A DNA stretch of 64,000 nucleotides from Octopus sinensis (taxonomy: Eukaryota): NCBI RefSeq assembly GCF_006345805.1, contig NC_043019.1:31805360-31869359 (forward strand). Reading direction: 5' to 3'. Shown piece by piece: positions 41,217-55,188 of this stretch; position 1 is the stretch's first letter, and every line of letters starts with the position of its first letter. Both the position numbers and the translations under genes were made by a program. The notes under the pieces are model-generated. The model made no database searches and was not told the origin of the DNA. It saw nothing but the letters and a program-made list of their open reading frames with translations.

Positions 41217-41564
41217 CATACATGTATATGTATATATACACACATATGTGCACATGTGTCTCTGTAATGTTTTTAGTGTCAGAGTAATTGGCAATTAATT
41301 GCTTTAATGTGTGTGGATAAGAGAATACCTATTATCAATACTAGCAGAAGCACTGCCTTCTGGGTGGTTTTCTGCAAAATGCTAAATAATATTAATACTC
41401 CTGATTTCCAATTTATGTAATTTTTTTCTGATAAGTTACGTTTAGTTTCTTTTTGTATCGTTTATTCATCGAATGGCACTCACTTGCTCAGTAAATTAAT
41501 TTAGAATAATAGTAAGCACTCTAAGACTGCTAGAATTAATGAAGAAATCAGGTATTATGTTGAC

Positions 41565-41790
41565 TCTACCTTTTAGCATTCAGACTACTCTCAAATGTAA
41601 TGCTTATTTATTCACATTGTTTTGAATTAATCATTCATTATCTTGTAGCTTTGACATTTCAATGATGTGTCTGTATATTTTTAGAATAAAAAGTAGGGTA
41701 GGTGTGAGAGGCCAGATCTAGCCAGTTTGAACATAAAACACATTGGATAGTTGGATCGGATATGGCTGGTTTAAATGCTAAAGGCTTAAC
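41565..41790. mobile_element. piggyBac-type MITE (~225 bp)
   Basis: Ends (C)CTTTTAGCATT...AATGCTAAAGGCTTAA with a TTAA terminus; further copies at about 19903, 20318, 45620 and 46460. Confidence 0.65.
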
Positions 41791-41984
41791 TTAGCTGCAT
41801 AAAAGTTTATCTTCAGTTTATTGTTTATATATACATAAGAGAAGATTCCATACCTTTGCATGACAGAGAACTAGATTACACACTAGTATGTACTTTTAAG
41901 CTTATCTCTATAGCTTTTCTTTAAATTTCAGAGTTGGCACTGCAAGTAATGTTGTTTTGTAAATGAATATGTCTACATATGAAT

Positions 41985-42400
41985 GTGGTGGTATCAAAAA
42001 AGTTTCCGAACTAGTTACATTTAATAAAAAAAGAACTTATTTAGTTAAGTTTTAACATCATCTCCTTTGAAATAGTCACTTTGCACAGCAATTTACCTGT
42101 CCCGGGATTCCTGCCACTTTTGGAATCCAGCCTGGAAGTTGTTTTCCGTAAGCAAGCTGAGGCCCTTCTGCAATTTGCTCTAGATTTCAACAGTGGTGTT
42201 AGAATGGCAACCTTTGAGCTGCATTTTCACCTTGGGGAAGAGATGGAAGTTCACAGGTAATAAACCTGGTGAATAGGGTGGGTGCAAAAATGATACCATG
42301 TTGTTTTTGGCAAGAAACTCACAAGTGAGGAGAGTTTGGTGAAGAATCCAATTTTTCACCCTCCACAGACCTGGTCCCTTTCGCTAAATCTCCTCCCTCA
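41985..42400 (-). mobile_element. mariner 3' remnant with TIR-like end
   Basis: FLAKNNMVSFLHPPYSPGLLPVNFHLFPKVKMQLKG...AGFQKWQE; end GGTGGTATCAAAAAAGTTTCCGAACT; same family as 7560-7800. Confidence 0.85.
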
Positions 42401-43359
42401 AATGATGAGGGAAGACTGATCAATCATTACTGTTGTCCAGTTGAATAAAGTCTATTAAATGTAATAGAAGTAGGTTCAGATTAAAATAGTCACCTGTGTA
42501 TCACACTTCAAGTAGACACAATGCAAACAGCAAATTTACTGCAGTATTTGTTGGGACATGCCATGTTTAAAAATGCAATTCATTTCAGAGATGGATGAAA
42601 ATTGTCATAGCAGTGACTGGTGAGAATTATAGATGCACTTTTTCATATCTCTACATAGTCACACTACATGCTAGAAATAATTACCAAATATGCTGTAAAT
42701 CATACCTTGTCTTCTTAAATAAATAAAACAACAAACAGTTCTATCTATATACTCCTAAATTATAATTGGATGGTCTCTGGTAGATTGCTTTTAAATACAG
42801 CTGGGCAATGTGCAATCATTGCCGAGCCGTGGCTCAAACAGCAGGCAATTTTTTTGCAGATTGCACAGAAAAACAGTGTTGGTCAGATTAATGAAACCAG
42901 AGGTATGGGATTTTGGTTACAATTCATTCATAACAATTTTTATTTTTAGTGAATGTTGCTACAGAAAAAAGAAAAAATCTCACTGACCTACATTATGTCT
43001 AAGCACAAAAGAAGGTGTGACAATGAAAGAGTGTATATGTATGTATGTATGTACACATACACATGCACATACAATACACCCATATATTTATATATATATA
43101 CACACACACACACAGACATGCACACACATATACACCCATATGTATACATATATATATATGCAAGTATGTATGTGTGTGTGAGTGTATATATATATATATA
43201 TATTATATATATATATATATATGCACACACACACACCACACACATATATAATTATGTATTCTTTCATTTGAGTACCCACCTGTGTGCAGGTATGTATGTA
43301 TGTGTTCAAGTATGTAGTTTAGATTTAACATTGATAACCTTATCTTCTTTCTCCTATTA

Positions 43360-43404
<45 letters not shown>

Positions 43405-43814
43405 GTGTGTATGTGTCTGTCTACACGTGTGTGTGTGTGTGTGTGTGTGTACCTATGCGTGCTTGTGTGTGTGTGTCTGTCTGCATTCACCACATGTAAA
43501 GCTTTTGATTCATAAAAACTTCAAACTCTTCCTTAGGCCTTTCACCCAACACTTCTGACTGATGGCAGGTTAATAGTATCTTATTGCTCAGCCATACAAT
43601 AGCTTCTTATCACTATGAAACATCAGCAACTTCTATTCAACGAGGATAAGATAGGATACAAAAAGGTTTCCTCTACAGCAATTCTATCCACACAGCTTCT
43701 TTTATAATTTTCATCTTTTTTTTTTTCTTTTTTGCTTCTCCTACCTCTACACTTTTACTTTCACAAGAAAAGAATGCCTACTAAAATGGGTGGTTTGTGA
43801 ATCAAAAACTTGTA

Positions 43815-45110
43815 TGTACATCTACTACATGTTACCATTGTCATATCCTCTTGTTCATCATCTTCCTTCCCCAGACAATTCAGAAAACTCAGAGCTGGAT
43901 TAACCATAAAGCAAAATAAGTATGTGCTTTGGGCATAAAGGGAAAGTGGGGAAGCTACAGAAATGGTAAATGGTTTATGGCACAAAAAAAATCACTTTAA
44001 ACATGCTAAAATAATATTCACAATGCTGAAGTACTTAGGGCCTCTATGGGTCTTAATCCAGCCCTGCACCTATATGTTAGCAATGTATCATAGATTTTCC
44101 CTCTTGTTCATCTTCATTTCTCAGACAATTCACAAAACTAACTGACATTCAGTGCTGGTTTGACTAAGATGAGAACCACAGAAATAGTAAATGGTTTATG
44201 GTACAAAAGAAATCACTTTAAACCTGCTAAAATGATATTAAAAGTGATTTATATGATCAGAAATATAATTTCAGAGTGTTAATGGTATCATAGTGAGGAT
44301 CTGATCAAAAAAAGTAGGAGAAAACTTTTCAAATATAAGTAAAGTGGAAGTATACAAAAATAAACATTATTTTCCATCTTACTGTTTTATTCTGTTTCAT
44401 TTTGAGAAATTAAAATTTATGTTACGATTTATTATTGCTTATATTTTGAATTACACATATGGGGGCACCAAAATCTTTAAAGTGCTTAGGGCCTGTATGG
44501 GTCTTAATCTAGCCCTGCATCAACTACATGCTACCATTGTTCTCCCTCTTATCCATCATTGATCTCCAGGTAATTCACAAAACTAACTGACACCCAGTGA
44601 TTGACTAACCATTAGGCAAAATAAGCACAGGGTTTGGGCATCGAGAGAAGGGGACATCACAGAAATGGTATATGGTTTACAGCACAAAAGAAATCACTTT
44701 AAACTTGCTAAAATAAAATTCGCAGTACTTTATATGATCCAAAATATAATTTAAGAGAATTAATAGTAAAGATCTAGTCAAAGATTTTGCAATCAAAATA
44801 TAAGTAGGTGAAAACTTTTCAAATATAAATGAAGTGGAAGCATACAAAAATAAACATTATTTTCCCTGTTACTGTTAGTTTTGTTTCATTTTGGAATATA
44901 GAAATTTATTTTATGGTTTATTATTGTTTTATATTTTGAATTACAAATACAAGATTTTGGGGGCACCAAAATCTTTTAAGTGCTTAGGGCCCGTATGGGT
45001 CTGAATCAAGCCTTGCATCTACAACATGTTACTTACCATTGTTTTATCTCTTGTTCATCATCATTGCCCCTGAGGATTCATAATAACTAAATGACACCTT
45101 AATGATTCTG
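43815..45110. repeat. Degenerate local tandem array (4 unit starts)
   Basis: CATCTAC(T/A)ACATGTTACCATTG-like unit starts at about 43819, 44055, 44518 and 45015. Confidence 0.8.
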
Positions 45111-45321
45111 CAAGCCATAAAGGTCTGTGAGTGCTGTGTAGTTTTTTTGTCCCCCCTTTTTATCTCTGTATTACTTCGCATCATTTTTTTTCTTTTTTAC
45201 TGCTAAGATGTTCTCCATTTTTAAGACGTAAATTTATCTGTAGCATACTATTTTTTCATGTACACATATATACCTACATACATATATGCACAAACTATGT
45301 GCATGTGTGTGTGTTTGTGTA

Positions 45322-45356
<35 letters not shown>

Positions 45357-45843
45357 CTGTGTATGCATGAATTTGTATATTTCTTTTTTACGTATATATA
45401 TATATATATTGTATATATATATATATTTTTTTTTTCCTCAACAATTCTTTACAGACTAAGATCTCTCCCAGATATAAATTTAATGTACAAACAAATATTT
45501 TGTAACTTTATGAAAAATACATCAGGGAAAATATGATAAAAAGGAAGAAAAAGAGAAAAAAAACTAAAAAAGAAAATTTTTTTCTGTTTCTTTAGAACAT
45601 TTTAAAGTTGGCTTTTAACACTGTTTCTCTTTAGTATTCAGATTACTCTGTCAAATGTAATGCTTATATATTCATACTGTTGTGAATTAATCAGGCATTA
45701 TCTTGTAGCTTGGAGATTTAGATAACGTGGCTGTTTATCTCTAGAATGACATTGCAGGGTAGGTGTGAGAGGCCAGATCTGGTTGGTTTGAACATAAAAC
45801 AGATAGAATATTAGGACCAGACAGAGCCAGTTTAAAAGCTGAA

Positions 45844-46425
45844 CAGGGGTTCTCAACTATTTTTCATCTATGGTCCCTTTTGATTACTATTTTATTCTGG
45901 TAGATCCCTGTAGTCATTCGATATTTAAAACTAGTTTCATAGAAACTTCTTCCAAAATTCCTATTTTGTTTTTCACCCATTAACTTGTGTAGGTTCAACT
46001 ATGTAAAATGTTAGAGAAAGAAACTGAGCTGTTTCTTGCAATACACACCAATACATACATCTAAAACAAAATTTTTGGGGATCCCCAATTCATTATTTTG
46101 CTGGCATGGATCTCCCTTTGATTGCTATTTTATTCATATCCATTTGATATTTAAATCTAGTTTCCTAGAAGCTTCTTTCAAGATTCCAATTTTGTTTTTC
46201 ACACATTAACTTATGAAGGTTCAACTATGTAAAATGTTAGAGAAAGAAACCTGGCTGTTTCTTGCAATACATACCAATGCATAGATCTAAAGCAAAATGT
46301 TTTCAGGGGCCCTTAAAATACTGTTGTGGATCTCCACTTTACTATTTTGTTACATGGACCCCAATCCCCCCAAAAATCTTATATGAACCCTTAGGGGCTA
46401 TATGGACCCTGGTTAAGAAGCACTG
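45844..46425. mobile_element. hAT-type MITE with internal duplication, nested in the end of a piggyBac MITE
   Basis: TIRs CAGGGGTTCTCAAC / GTTAAGAAGCACTG; internal ~130-bp direct repeat; the host TIR (tgctaaagggttaa-like) resumes after 46425. Confidence 0.6.
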
Positions 46426-48759
46426 TGCTATAGGGTTCAGCTTTTATCTTCTGATTACCCTTTCGAACATAGTGCTTATCTATTCCTATTGTTTTCAATT
46501 AACCATTTATTATCTCCTAGCTTTGAGATTTCAAAAAGGTAATTGTTTATCTTAAAATGACATTGTCGGGCAGGTGTGAGAGGCCAGAGATCTTGTCCGA
46601 TTGAACATAAAATAGGTAGAATATTTTGGTCGGGTATGGCTGGTTTAAATGCTAAAATGTTATGGTTACTATTCTTTCAGTTTTAATTGTATTCAACATT
46701 ATGAAAAAGTGCTCAAAAAAATAAAGTGAGCACATGAGGCAGTGAACCTTTATTTTAGTACCTGGGGTGAATTAGAAATGTGGGAGACCCAGTAAGGTGC
46801 ATTGGTGCTGAAAAATAATGATTTATCTTGTACCAGTTTTACTCATTGGACTGCAGCCTTGGTGGGTTACTGTTTAATCAAACCCAGTACATATAATTTT
46901 TAAGGGTGGCATTTATTCTATTGGTCTCTTTTGCTGATTTGGTAAGTCATGAAGATTTAAACAAACCAACACTGGCTGTCAAGTGATGGGGTTGTGGGGT
47001 GGACAAACACAAAATATAAATGTACAGGTGCACACATACACACAGACACATGCACGCTCATACACACACATACACATATAATACGTGCAATGCCTTCCAG
47101 ACAGCTCTTATCTACTAAATATGCTCGCAAGGCATTGGTTAACCTGGACGTGTGTAGAAGAAAGCACATGTCCTAAGGTGCCACACAGTGGGAGTGAACC
47201 TGAAATCACCTGGTCACAGAGCAAGCTTTTTAAAAGTTTAACATTTTTTTGATATTTAAAGACATTGTCATTTGCTATTTTCAAAAACACCACACACACA
47301 CACACACACACACATTGGACATCATAATTTTTGACATACTATAACAGGATAGTCAGAGTTGGATTGTCTTTCACTACAGGTCTGTTTCTAGATCTAGCTT
47401 GACTTGGAGCTTAGTAACATGTCTTTCTTTTTCTTTTTTATTTTTCCAAAAATAATCTTGTATGAAATGCTACAATCCAAAATCTTTATCTGAAACTGCT
47501 GGAATCAATATTCTGGAGACTTAAAAAAAAAAAACCCAGTTATTTTTAAAACAAGTTTCTTTATTTTCTTTATTGTTAGTTCTCTTTGTCTGTTTCTTTC
47601 TCTATTTATCTATCTTGCCCACCTCCCTGCCTATGTGTTTAATATGCAAATTTGCCTATTCTGCTATGTTGCACTGCTGAACCTAATTGGCTTGTGAATA
47701 GCTGATGTGTTAAATGAGGTACTGAGGAAAGGGCAATAACCCCTGAAATATGCATATACACTCATTACCTGTTATATTTTTTTATCTATCTTTGATTGTA
47801 TTATTTACATAGACATATATATATATATATCATCAGTTAATGTCCATTGTCCATGCGGGCATGGGTTGGACGGTTTAACCAGGGCTGATAAGCTGAGGTA
47901 CTGCACTAGGCTCTAGTCTAATCTGGCATGGTTTCTATGGCTGGATGCCCTTCCTAGCACCAACCACTCCAAGAGTGTGATGGGTGCTTTTATGTGCCAC
48001 CGGCATGGATGCCATTTGCGTGACACCAGTATCTGCCATGACTATGTTTTCACTTGGCTTGATGGGTCTTCTACTCAAACAAGGCATATTGCCAAAGGTC
48101 TCTGTCATTTTTCATTGCCTTTGTGAAGCCCAATGCTTGAAAGGTGCCTTTAACATGCCACCAACACAGATGCTGGCTACGCAACACTAACATCAGCCAC
48201 ATTGCCTCCATGAGGCCCAACACTATATACACACATGCACACACGCACATAAATATATTATACCATTTTCATTTATTTTTAACATGTTATTGCTTAGCCA
48301 TAGGTCATCCCTGGTCAAGTAGAACCATGGTCAAAACTGTTCCAGCAATGCCTTCTCATCTTTTTCGGGAATATCTATGCTTAAAATATCCAATTTAAGA
48401 ACAGAGGTAAACTGGTTACTATTTCATGCAGTTTGAGTGACCACGTAGAGCCTTCCTACTTGGCTTTTGTGTACGATTCTGTGCTTCGACTACATACATA
48501 AATCCAGTAGACTTAGGATCTATGATCCTTAACAATCCCATCTCATGCTCACACTCAGAAAATGTATTCCTCTCATTTTATAATAAACAGTAGTGCTTGA
48601 GGGTCATTATGCCAATGTAATAAACCCATGCACTGGTTCAATTTCACTCCTTTATTATTACTCCTTTCGTTAAATATCCAACTAACTAATCTATTGTTTG
48701 ATTTGTTTTGCTTTTGTTTCTCTGACCTGTGGCTAAGCAATAACATGTTAAACAAAATT

Positions 48760-49210
48760 GTGGCTGTGTGGTACCTTGGACAAGTATCTTCTACTATAAC
48801 CTTGGGCTGACCAATGCCTTGTGAGTGGATTTGGTTGACAGAAACTGAAAGAATCCCGTCATGTATATATATAAATATACATATATATATTTAAGTGCGT
48901 TTGTGTGTCTTTGTGTCTGTTTTTGTCCCCCCCCTCATTGCTTGACAACCGACGTTGGTGTGTTTACATCCCCATAATTCAGCAGTTTGGCAAAGAGACC
49001 GATAGAATAAATAGTCCCTTGATTTAATCTCAGTTCCTCTCAGAACATAAAATCTCATATATACCATTAGTTGGGTGGTGGGATGGGGGTATAATGCTTC
49101 AGCTTTCAGCCCCTTTTATCTTGGTTATTTACTGGGGGTCAATTTGTTCAACTAAAACCCTTTAAGGTGGTGCTCTAGCATGGCTGCAGCCAAATGACTG
49201 AAACAAGTTA
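48760..49210 (+). mobile_element. SINE family A copy with a foreign ~115-bp insert
   Basis: Family A sequence interrupted at about 49017-49131. Confidence 0.75.
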
Positions 49211-49801
49211 CAAAAAAAAAAAGAAAGAAAAAAGAATCAATATGACAAGCAAAATGAAAACAAATTAAACAATCAGTTAGTTGGATATTTAACCATTTGA
49301 CTAATAAGAAAGGAGTGGAATTGAACCAGTGCATGTGTTAATAATACTGGCCTAATGACTCTCCCAACACAATAAAATTTGTATCAATACACAAATTCAC
49401 ATAAAGAATCTTGCAAACCAGTTACAAACATGAAGTAGGGCTTGGTTTCAGAGTTATTTGACTGCTATTTCTAGCAAGTTAAATGACCAACAAAGTAAAG
49501 GCTTGTAGAGGTTCCCTCAGTTGAATAACTAGCAAGGAGGTGTGTTTTATGAACTCTCCTCTTTGACAATCTTATTATGGGTACAGGTGTGGCTATGTGG
49601 TAGAAGTTTGCTTCCCAACCACATGGTTTCAGGTTCAGTCTCACTGCATAGCACCTAGGGTAAATGTCTTCAATTATAGCCCTAGGCCAATCAAAACCTT
49701 GTGAATGGATATAGTGAAAAATAAAAGATGCATGCTATATACACTCACACACACACACACACACACATATATATACATATATGTGTGTGTGTGTGTGTAT
49801 G

Positions 49802-49834
<33 letters not shown>

Positions 49835-50479
49835 TTGTATTTATATCTATCTATATATATATATATATATATATATATGTTTGTGTTTGTCCTGAATCAT
49901 TGCTTGACAACTGGTGTTGGTTTGTTTACTGCCCTATAACATAGCAGTTCAGCAAAATAGACCAATAGAATAAAGACCAGACTTTAAAATAAGAGAAACA
50001 AGTGAAAGATTAAGACAAAGGGAAAAAAATGAAAAAGATATGAATTCTTTTTATTCTCATAACCAACACAACAAACTGGTTTAAAAGATACTTGGCTGCA
50101 ATTTCTAGCAGATTGTGTGACCAACAAAATGAAGCCTCATAGAGGCTCCCTTGGTTGTATAATTAAGCCTGGAAGGAGGTGTGTTACTCTGAATTCTTCC
50201 CTGTCACATTCTCACCACGAATTTATGAGGTCAGTATTTCCTGCCTGCCTTGATTTAATCTCAGTTCCTCTCAGAACATAAAATCTCAAATATACCATTA
50301 GTTGGGTGACGGGATGGGGGTATAATGCTTCAGCTTTCAGCCCTTTTATCTTGGTTATTTAATTTTTCTGCCTTCCTTCATCTAAGATTTGACCATTTAT
50401 AGTTGCCCTAATTAAATGACAAAGATGCCAGTGGTGGTAGGGGTGGTTTCGCGAAGGAGAGATGAATAGGCACAGCATG

Positions 50480-50980
50480 TTGCTGTGTGGTAAGAAGCTT
50501 GCTTCTACTTAACCATGTGGTCTTGGGTTCAGTCCCACTACATGGCACCTTGGGAAGGGCTAACCAAAGCCTTGTGAGTTGATTTGGCATATAGAAACTG
50601 AAAGAAGCCCATCATGTAGGTGCATGCATGGCTGTGTGGTAAGAAGCTTGCTTCCCAACCACATGGTTCCAGGTTCAATCCCACTGCGTGGCACAAGGTT
50701 GACCAAAGTCTTGTGAGTGGATTTAGTAGACGGAGACTGAAAGAAGCCCATTGTATATATGTGTGTGTGTGTATGTTTGTGTGTCTGTGTTTGTCCCCCT
50801 AACATCGATTGACAACAAATGCTGGTTTGTTTATGTCCCCCCTAACTTAGTGGTTCAGCAAAAGAGGCCAATAGAATAAGTACTAAGCTTACAAAGAATA
50901 AGTTCTGGGGTCGATTTGTTTGACTAAAGGCAGTGCTCCAGCATGGCCACAGTCAAATGGCTGAAACAAGTAAAAGAACA
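50480..50980 (+). mobile_element. SINE family A: duplicated head followed by full copy
   Basis: GCTGTGTGGTAAGAAGCTTGCTTC head occurs at about 50484 and 50630. Confidence 0.75.
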
Positions 50981-52420
50981 AAAAAATAAAGGTCAACTTG
51001 TACACCGATAGAATAAGTACTAGGCTTACAAAAAATAAGTCCTGGGGTTGGTTTGTTCGGCTACAGGCCGTGCTCCAGCATGAAACAAAAATAAAAATAA
51101 AAAGAATAAAAGAATAAAAAAAATTTTAATTTAAAAAAGAATAAAAGAATACTTGACTGTTCTGGTAGGACCATGTGGTTGAGTATTCCAGAGAAATATG
51201 TACCCTTAATGTAGTTCTCAGGGAGATTCAGCATGATACAAAATATGAAAACGCCAGCCCTTTGAATTTGAGGCACAGGTTATTTTTGCCAGATGAGTGA
51301 ACAGGAGCAACATGAAATAAAGAGTCTTGCTCAAGGACACAATACAGCACCAGGAATCGAACTCATGATTATAAGATTGTGAGCTGAATACTCTAACCAC
51401 TAAGCCATACACAACTTCATAAACTGACAAATCATATTTGAAACTGACGGGGGGGGGGGCATACAACTGAATTATAATCTCTCTTTCTCTCTCTTCTCTT
51501 TCTCTCTCTTTCTCTCTCTCTCTCTTTCTCTCTTTCTCTCTTGCAGCCTTTCCTCTTTTATTCCATTTCTGACAAAAGTCTGGCACCGTTAGGTGCAAGA
51601 TGAAAATATTAGCTGACATACTTGGCTGTTCTGGTTGAACCATGTGGTTGAGCACTCCACAGTCACATGTACTCTTAGCATGGTTCTCAGGGAAAATTTA
51701 GCATGATACAAAATGGGACAAAGCAGACCCTTTGAATTACAAGTACAGTAATACCTCACTTTACAAGACCCCGGGTTTACAAGTTTTATTTTATAAAGCA
51801 CAAGATCTAAATTTTGAATGAAATGTAAGTTTCTACTACCATAACAAATACTTCTGCATGTTACCAAGAAATTTATAGAGAGCAACAAAAAGCTTCTAAG
51901 CAAACAACTGTAGACTTTATCATCATCATCATCATCATTTAACATCTGTTTTCCAAGCTGGCATGGGTTGGACTGTAAGCTGCACCAGGCTCCAATCTGA
52001 TCTGACACGGTTTCTACTGCTGGATGCCCTTCCTAATGCCCACTACTCCAAGAGAGTAGTGGGTGCTTTTTATGTGCCACCAGCACAGGGACAAGTCAGG
52101 CAGCACTGGTAACAACCATGCTCGAATGGTGCTTTTTACATGCCACCGGCATAGGTGCCAGTCAGGCAGTACTGTCATCAGCCACTACAACGATTTCATT
52201 CAACAGGTCTTCTCACGCACAACATATTGCCCGACAATTGAAGGGTTCTCTTAAATGGGCTGGTTATGTGACACTGGCATAGGCTTGGTTTTTAAAAAGA
52301 AATCTAAAACTCTGTCTATGAGTGCTTGTGAATCAGCGATAAGTGATGGTGTGCATGAATTTAATGTGAGTGAAAGTTTTGCAGAAAATGATTGTGATAA
52401 TAATATTTTTTATCTCTATA

Positions 52421-53054
52421 CTAGCAGTATCGCCCGGCGTTGCTCGGGTTTGTAAGGGAAATAACTATATAAGCATTTTTAGAGAGTTATAGCCAAAAAA
52501 TAGCAAAAAATGCATTAAAAATGGAAAAAATATGATGGTAAATTTTTTTTTAAATCGTTGACTCATCGTAGACATTTTTAGAGAGTTACTTCCCTTATAT
52601 AATAGCGAAAAAATGCATTAAAATGGAAAAAAAAACGATGGTAAATTTTTTTTAAATCGTAGACTCATGTAGACGCTTTCTTAGCCATTTCTGTTTTGTG
52701 TCTTCAAGCCATGAAGTCGTTGTTCTAAAAGAACGCTGGTCTCCTTGACAACGCATTACGACGTTGATTTCCTTACACTCCCTTCCCCACAGGTGCAGGT
52801 GTGAGCGTGGACGCCAACTCCGCCGCCATCGACACGAAAAATTATGCATTAAAATGGAATAAAAAATGATGTTAAATTATTTTTAAAATCGTAGACTCAT
52901 CGTAGACGCGCGCTAATATTCAGACGGGCTCGATATGAATCACGACTATAAGCTACCCGAATTTGGTTAAACTGTACTGCAAAATGTGGGAGTAGTTAGG
53001 AATCTAAATCGAAGGGGACAGACACTCACACAACTACAGTTTTATATATATAGA
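52421..53054 (-). mobile_element. Complete non-autonomous Helitron
   Basis: Minus strand: A|TCTATATATA...CCCGAGCAACGCCGGGCGATACTGCTAG|T, giving 5' TC, 3' hairpin plus CTAG, and an AT target. Confidence 0.85.
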
Positions 53055-53189
53055 TATACATAGCGCAGTAGTGGTGAGATATGACAGCAAAGAAAAGCAT
53101 ACATTCACTCTCTGCATGCAATTAGACTCGGAAAGTTCGTGAGGAACCCATTGACCCAATTTGCTGACTTTTCCGATAGCACACAGGTG

Positions 53190-53460
53190 TCAATGAATGG
53201 TTGAATGACCAAATCCAAGCTTCTCTGCTAGTTCCTCTACAATTACGATGATATTTTGTTCCACCAGGGTTTTCAGGATGTCCTTGTCGAGTTCTACAGA
53301 TCTTTCAGGATGAGGCTCGTCTTCTAGGCTGTAGTTTATGGCTCGGGATTTCTGGAACCACCATTGACACTGCCTTACGCTTATTGTCCAATCCCCATAT
53401 ACTGCATTAATATTTCTTGTACTTTGCACACATTTATATTCAGTTATTCTTTTATATGTT
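53190..53460 (-). mobile_element. mariner transposase N-terminal (HTH) remnant
   Basis: RNINAVYGDWTISVRQCQWWFQKSR...LEDEPHPERS...LVEQN...EELAEKLG matches the mariner HTH region. Confidence 0.8.
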
Positions 53461-53489
53461 TCAGCCTTGAGGTTGTGGCCATGCTGGAT

Positions 53490-53520
<31 letters not shown>

Positions 53521-54207
53521 CTATCTGTCTGTCTGTCTGTATGTATATATGTATATGTATGTGTATGAACAATAATATTTTCAACAGATGTGTTGCAAAT
53601 GTATCTAATTGTTCTCAAGCTTCAATACTGTGTGTGTGTATGTGTGTGTGTATGTATGTATATGTATGTATGTATGTATATGTATGTATGTATGTATGTG
53701 TGTATGTATGTATGTTGTGTGTATGTATGTGTGTGTATGTTGTGTTGTGTATGTATGTGTATGTATGTATGTATGTATGTATGTATGATGTATGTATGTA
53801 TGAGTGTATTTTACTTTATTACTAATTACTCTCTTCCAAGAACATTTTCACTCACTCTTAGCTCTTAGCTTCCCATACATTTTACTCATGTATCTATCAG
53901 CGTCATAGACAGAATACTTTCACTTTAGTCTTCCTCAAATCACTCTGTCGCTATTTACTTTCATTTATTCTTGCCCATGTGTGTTACGTTTTGCGTTGGT
54001 GTAAACCAGACTAAGAAAAGCTTTGACACACACACCAGAATGGAGTTTTCTGTAAATTTTGCTTAATTGGAGTTAAATTTTAAAAACTGGACCTGGCATG
54101 ACGCAATGCATTGTATCTTAAAAATGCCAGGTATTGTAATGAAGAAATCCTATTTGTAGATTTCTATAACTCCCAAAGGGAGGCAGATAAAATCTGCCTT
54201 TTATAAT

Positions 54208-54549
54208 AAGAGATATATAAACGACAAAATGTCTGTGTGCGTGTCCTTTATACAAATTCACAGTTTTTCAGTTAGAGGGCTCGCACTTTCTATGGTCATT
54301 CAAAACCGTCCAAGGGTGGTCGTGCACATCTTTACATTTCCCCAGTCACCCAGCAAAGCCATTAAAAAATCAATAGAAGTGACTTTTTTTTTGTGAATTT
54401 TCTATCCAAAACCCAATCAAAATGCCCGAAACTTGATATGCCAATTGAATGCCAGGTAGCTGTATGTGATTGGTTGGAGATTTGGACAGTACTCGCGTGT
54501 ATGTGCGCACACACACAGCTGTATATGCATGCCCTAGCACTAGTGCTAG
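54208..54549 (+). mobile_element. Second non-autonomous Helitron-like family
   Basis: Starts TATATAAACGACAAAATGTCTGTG and ends GTGCTAG|T. Confidence 0.5.
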
Positions 54550-55157
54550 TTATAAATAATCTTGACATTATTTTTAATTTACATAGAATATTCTTTACAT
54601 TCTACTATTGTTTTATTGCCATTTATTTACAGAGTATTATAAATTTTATAGGTAAGATATTTTTCTGGGAATAAATTACAATTTATAACATAGCTGCTAT
54701 GGGAAATTATTGCTCTGCTTTATGAGTTTTCACTTTACAAGCGGTCTCCGGGAACAAATTAACTCGTGTATCATCATCATCATCATCATCACCATCGTTT
54801 AAACGTCCGTTTTCCGCGCTAACATGGGTTGGACGGTTCGACCGGAGTCTGGGAAGCCAGGGCTGCACCACGCTCCAGTCTGATCTGGCAGTGTTTCTAC
54901 AGCTGGATGCCCTTCCTAACGCCAACCACTCCGCGAGTGTAGTGGATGCTTTTTACGACAGCATAATTTTTGCCAGCTAAGTGGACTAGAGCATCGTGAA
55001 ATAAAGCATGCTGCTCAAAGACAAAATGCGCTGCCAGGTATTGAACTCACAACCTAACAACCGTGAGCTAAATACACTAACTGCTAAGCCACGTGCCTTC
55101 ATTAACTGACAAATCATTGTTGAAGCTGAGTGGGTAGGCATACAATCCAAACCAGAA

Positions 55158-55188
<31 letters not shown>

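Noticed and set aside
42858-42900. AG/GT-bounded 43-nt segment reading IAQKNSVGQINETR, vaguely like ferlin AEKNPVGLARNEP
   Set aside because: Wrong exon size and boundaries, and it would require several missing intervening exons; treated as chance.
46760-46792. AG/GT-bounded 33-nt segment reading TWGELEMWET, like ferlin GKLEMWVD
   Set aside because: Very short match, and the following residues do not fit (no VDMFP).
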